Positions 61,755 through 64,000 of a DNA stretch of 64,000 nucleotides are shown here, one piece after another. How positions within the stretch are numbered: position 1 is the stretch's first letter; the number at the start of each line of letters is the position of its first letter. Both the position numbers and the translations under genes were made by a program. The notes under the pieces were generated by a model. It searched no databases, had not been told where the DNA came from, and saw only the letters and a list, made by a program, of their open reading frames with translations. The stretch is from Chitinophagales bacterium (GTDB lineage: Bacteria > Bacteroidota > Bacteroidia > Chitinophagales > Chitinophagaceae), in the NCBI GenBank assembly GCA_013297995.1, contig JAAFJB010000006.1, positions 3,658 through 67,657 of the forward strand, given 5' to 3'.

Positions 61755-62309
61755 ATGGAAATCAAAATCAGTTCACAACAAATATTGAAAATATTAACCG
61801 TACTATCGTGGATTATTTTCATTGGGGTTTGTATTGAGGCAGGAGGTTTTTTATTCAATAGCTTTTATACTTTGGTATTGAACCCGATTGGTGCCAAATA
61901 TTTTTGGAATCATTTGGATTTGTCTAGCCTCTACCAATTTGACCATGGATATTTTTTTGTGGCAACCACACTTATCAATATTGTGGTGGCACTGAAAGCT
62001 TGTCTATTTTATGTGATCGTAAAATACCTCTATACTAGGCAACTAGATTTATCTAAACCCTTTAGTATTAACCTAAGGCGTTTTATTCTTAATCTAGCAT
62101 ATATAGCTTTAGGAATTAGTTTTTTCACGCTATGGGGAGCAAAATATATTGAATGGCTCCTAAAGAAAGGGATAGAAATGCCAGCATTACAAAATTTACA
62201 TTTGGTAGGAGCGGATATCTGGCTTTTTATGAGCATATCCCTTTTTGTGATAGCCCAAATTGTTAAAAGTGGTATTCAAATCCAATCAGAAAACGAATTA
62301 ACTGTATAA
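61755..62309 (+). CDS. DUF2975 family membrane protein
   Basis: Four TMs, PFS motif, terminal G..IQSENELTV; paired with an HTH gene. Confidence 0.85.
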   Translation: MEIKISSQQILKILTVLSWIIFIGVCIEAGGFLFNSFYTLVLNPIGAKYFWNHLDLSSLYQFDHGYFFVATTLINIVVALKACLFYVIVKYLYTRQLDLSKPFSINLRRFILNLAYIALGISFFTLWGAKYIEWLLKKGIEMPALQNLHLVGADIWLFMSISLFVIAQIVKSGIQIQSENELTV

Positions 62310-62311
62310 AT

Positions 62312-62518
62312 ATGCCTATAATTGTAAACCTAGACGTGATGATGGCAAGAAGAAAAATGTCGCTCAACGAACTCTCAGAAAAGGTGGGAATCACGCTCTC
62401 TAATCTTTCCATATTAAAAACAGGCAAAGCAAAGGCCATTCGTTTTAGTACGCTAGAAACTATTTGCAAAGTACTAGACTGCCAGCCTGCTGATATTCTG
62501 GAATATTCAAAGAGATAA
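62312..62518 (+). CDS. XRE/YozG-type HTH transcriptional regulator
   Basis: IIVNLDVMMARRKM...NLSILKTGKAKAIRFSTL...CQPADIL. Confidence 0.93.
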   Translation: MPIIVNLDVMMARRKMSLNELSEKVGITLSNLSILKTGKAKAIRFSTLETICKVLDCQPADILEYSKR

Positions 62519-62980
62519 ATTTTGGCTATTACACAGCGATTAGTACAATACGATTAGTTCATTGAAATAGTTTGAAATATTTTTACAAGTGGGCTTTACT
62601 ATTGAAGAAGTGAGTAAACACTAATCAATTAACGAAATTATAAGCAAATACTACTTTGACTTTCACCAGCTTACTTTGTGCGCTTAAATAATTGATATTA
62701 GAAAATAAGTTAACAAAGAAATTACCAAATTTCTTAACATTCTTAGGTGTTATTAATCCTCAAATCAGCCACCGTTAAAACACCGTATTAAATAGGGTAA
62801 ATACCCCATACTATTCCGATAAAAATCCTAACTTAGCATAATAATTTCCCCACCTAAAATAGGCTATATGCGTAAAATAATATGCTACTCATTTTAAAGA
62901 GTAAGCCCTTTAACACAGAATAATTTTAGTTTTAAAGGCTAAGCGTAGGATGAGCGAAGGATAAGCGGTATAGATATGAA

Positions 62981-63060
62981 GATGTATTGAGGATGTATTG
63001 AAGATGTATTGAAGATGTATTGAAGATGTATTGAGGATATATTGAGGATATATTGAGGAT
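62981..63060 (+). repeat. 11-bp tandem array GAT(G/A)TATTGA(A/G) x7
   Basis: Seven units from 62981 to 63057 plus a partial GAT; preceded by three degenerate 11-mers T(A/G)AGCG... at 62940-62972. Confidence 0.95.
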
Positions 63061-63127
63061 CTACTGGGCTTGACATGAGGATTGACTGAAATTTACCGAG
63101 TTTTCTATTAACCAATTCACCCAATAT

Positions 63128-63430
63128 ATGGCAACGCTACCTAAAGACCATCCTTTCAATGGGATGACTGGAACCCTAGGCGGAAACCTGATTTTTAAAA
63201 ACTACCAAGGCAAAACCGTAATTTCTAAAAAGCCCGATATGAGAATGGCTCAAAAAAACTTGAGTCCCCTACAGAAAATTAACCAAATTCGGTTTAAAGA
63301 AGCAGTTGCATATGCACGTTCCATTATTAAAGACATTGATAAAAAAACTGCATTCGCCGCTGATTTACCCATCGGCAAAACTGTATTTAACGCAGCCATT
63401 CAAGACTATTTAAGCAAGCATAAACCCTAG
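63128..63430 (+). CDS. Small basic hypothetical protein (Bacteroidota G-x-LG...F...GKT(V/I)...KP family)
   Basis: GMTGTLGGNLIFKNYQGKTVISKKP, Q...Q.RF..A..YAR pattern; Lys/Arg-rich. Confidence 0.75.
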   Translation: MATLPKDHPFNGMTGTLGGNLIFKNYQGKTVISKKPDMRMAQKNLSPLQKINQIRFKEAVAYARSIIKDIDKKTAFAADLPIGKTVFNAAIQDYLSKHKP

Positions 63431-63467
63431 AATATTATCTTGTATATTTGCGATCCAACCTATTGAT

Positions 63468-64000
63468 TTGAAACAATTAGCATCTCTCAATCATTTTTTC
63501 TGGAAATACCGTAAGCGTTTTTTTATAGGAGTATTTTTTGTTGTAGCCTCCAACTATTTTGCCGTGCTGGCTCCTCAAATTACTGGATATGTAATTAACC
63601 TTGTACAACAAAAATTACCCGGAGCAAAAGCATCCCCCAAATACGATGCACACGATTCTTTAGTAAATGAATTTATTTCTCTCATTAACAGCTTTGAATT
63701 CAGCTTTGGCTGGTTGGTTGCCATCTGTAGCTTAACCATCTTATTCATTGCAATCGTAAGAGGCATACTGATGTTTTTTATGCGGCAAACTATTATTGTA
63801 ATGAGCCGTCACATTGAGTTTGATCAGAAAAATCAAATTTTTCAACATTACCAGCAACTGGATACTAATTTTTACAAAACTCATAGTACGGGCGACCTCA
63901 TGAACAGGATGTCGGAAGACGTTAGTCGCGTTAGAATGTATACCGGACCTGCTGTTATGTACTTGATTAATCTAAATACATTAATAGGTTTTTGTATGGT
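63468..64000 (+). CDS. ABC transporter permease/ATP-binding protein (MsbA-like), 5' part
   Basis: Not in the track; TTG start gives MKQLASLNHFFWKYRKRFFIG...MRQTIIVMSRHIEFDQKN...TGDLMNRMSEDVSRVRMYTGP. TATATTTG promoter at 63443-63450. Confidence 0.9.
   Translation, partial: MKQLASLNHFFWKYRKRFFIGVFFVVASNYFAVLAPQITGYVINLVQQKLPGAKASPKYDAHDSLVNEFISLINSFEFSFGWLVAICSLTILFIAIVRGILMFFMRQTIIVMSRHIEFDQKNQIFQHYQQLDTNFYKTHSTGDLMNRMSEDVSRVRMYTGPAVMYLINLNTLIGFCM

Noticed and set aside
62939-63124. 61-aa minus-strand ORF (…SSIHLQYIFNTSSIHPQYIF…)
   Set aside because: Its periodic sequence is simply the 11-bp array translated; no independent evidence of coding.
63421-63432. AACCCTAG as an attR copy of the tRNA-Ser 3' end (ATCCCTAG)
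   Set aside because: Only a 6-bp identity, expected by chance.

Overview
Chromosomal window of a Bacteroidota bacterium. Gene content, sequence style and TAnnTTTG promoters suggest Chitinophagaceae (inference). It is mostly housekeeping: class Ia ribonucleotide reductase nrdBA under a cobalamin riboswitch, ndh, futalosine-pathway mqnE/mqnA, hmgA, infA-rpmJ-rpsM-rpsK-rpsD-rpoA-rplQ, carA, aroQ, tamB, purB, xerD, trxA, dnaE, msrA, an Smr-less MutS2 and tRNA-Ser(TGA). Accessory parts are a glycosyltransferase/methyltransferase cluster (23.4-28.7 kb), an orphan GH5 lipoprotein, and an AT-rich islet (48.9-53.6 kb) with an Eco47II-like restriction-modification pair whose methyltransferase carries an exact 126-bp in-frame duplication. 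A tRNA-adjacent islet ends in an 11-bp tandem array in front of a small basic protein. Unexplained non-coding structure includes two octamer arrays just downstream of stop codons and structured spacers in the alpha ribosomal operon. I found no CRISPR array, rRNA, transposase or prophage. All protein assignments come from motif and family recognition by eye, not database searches.
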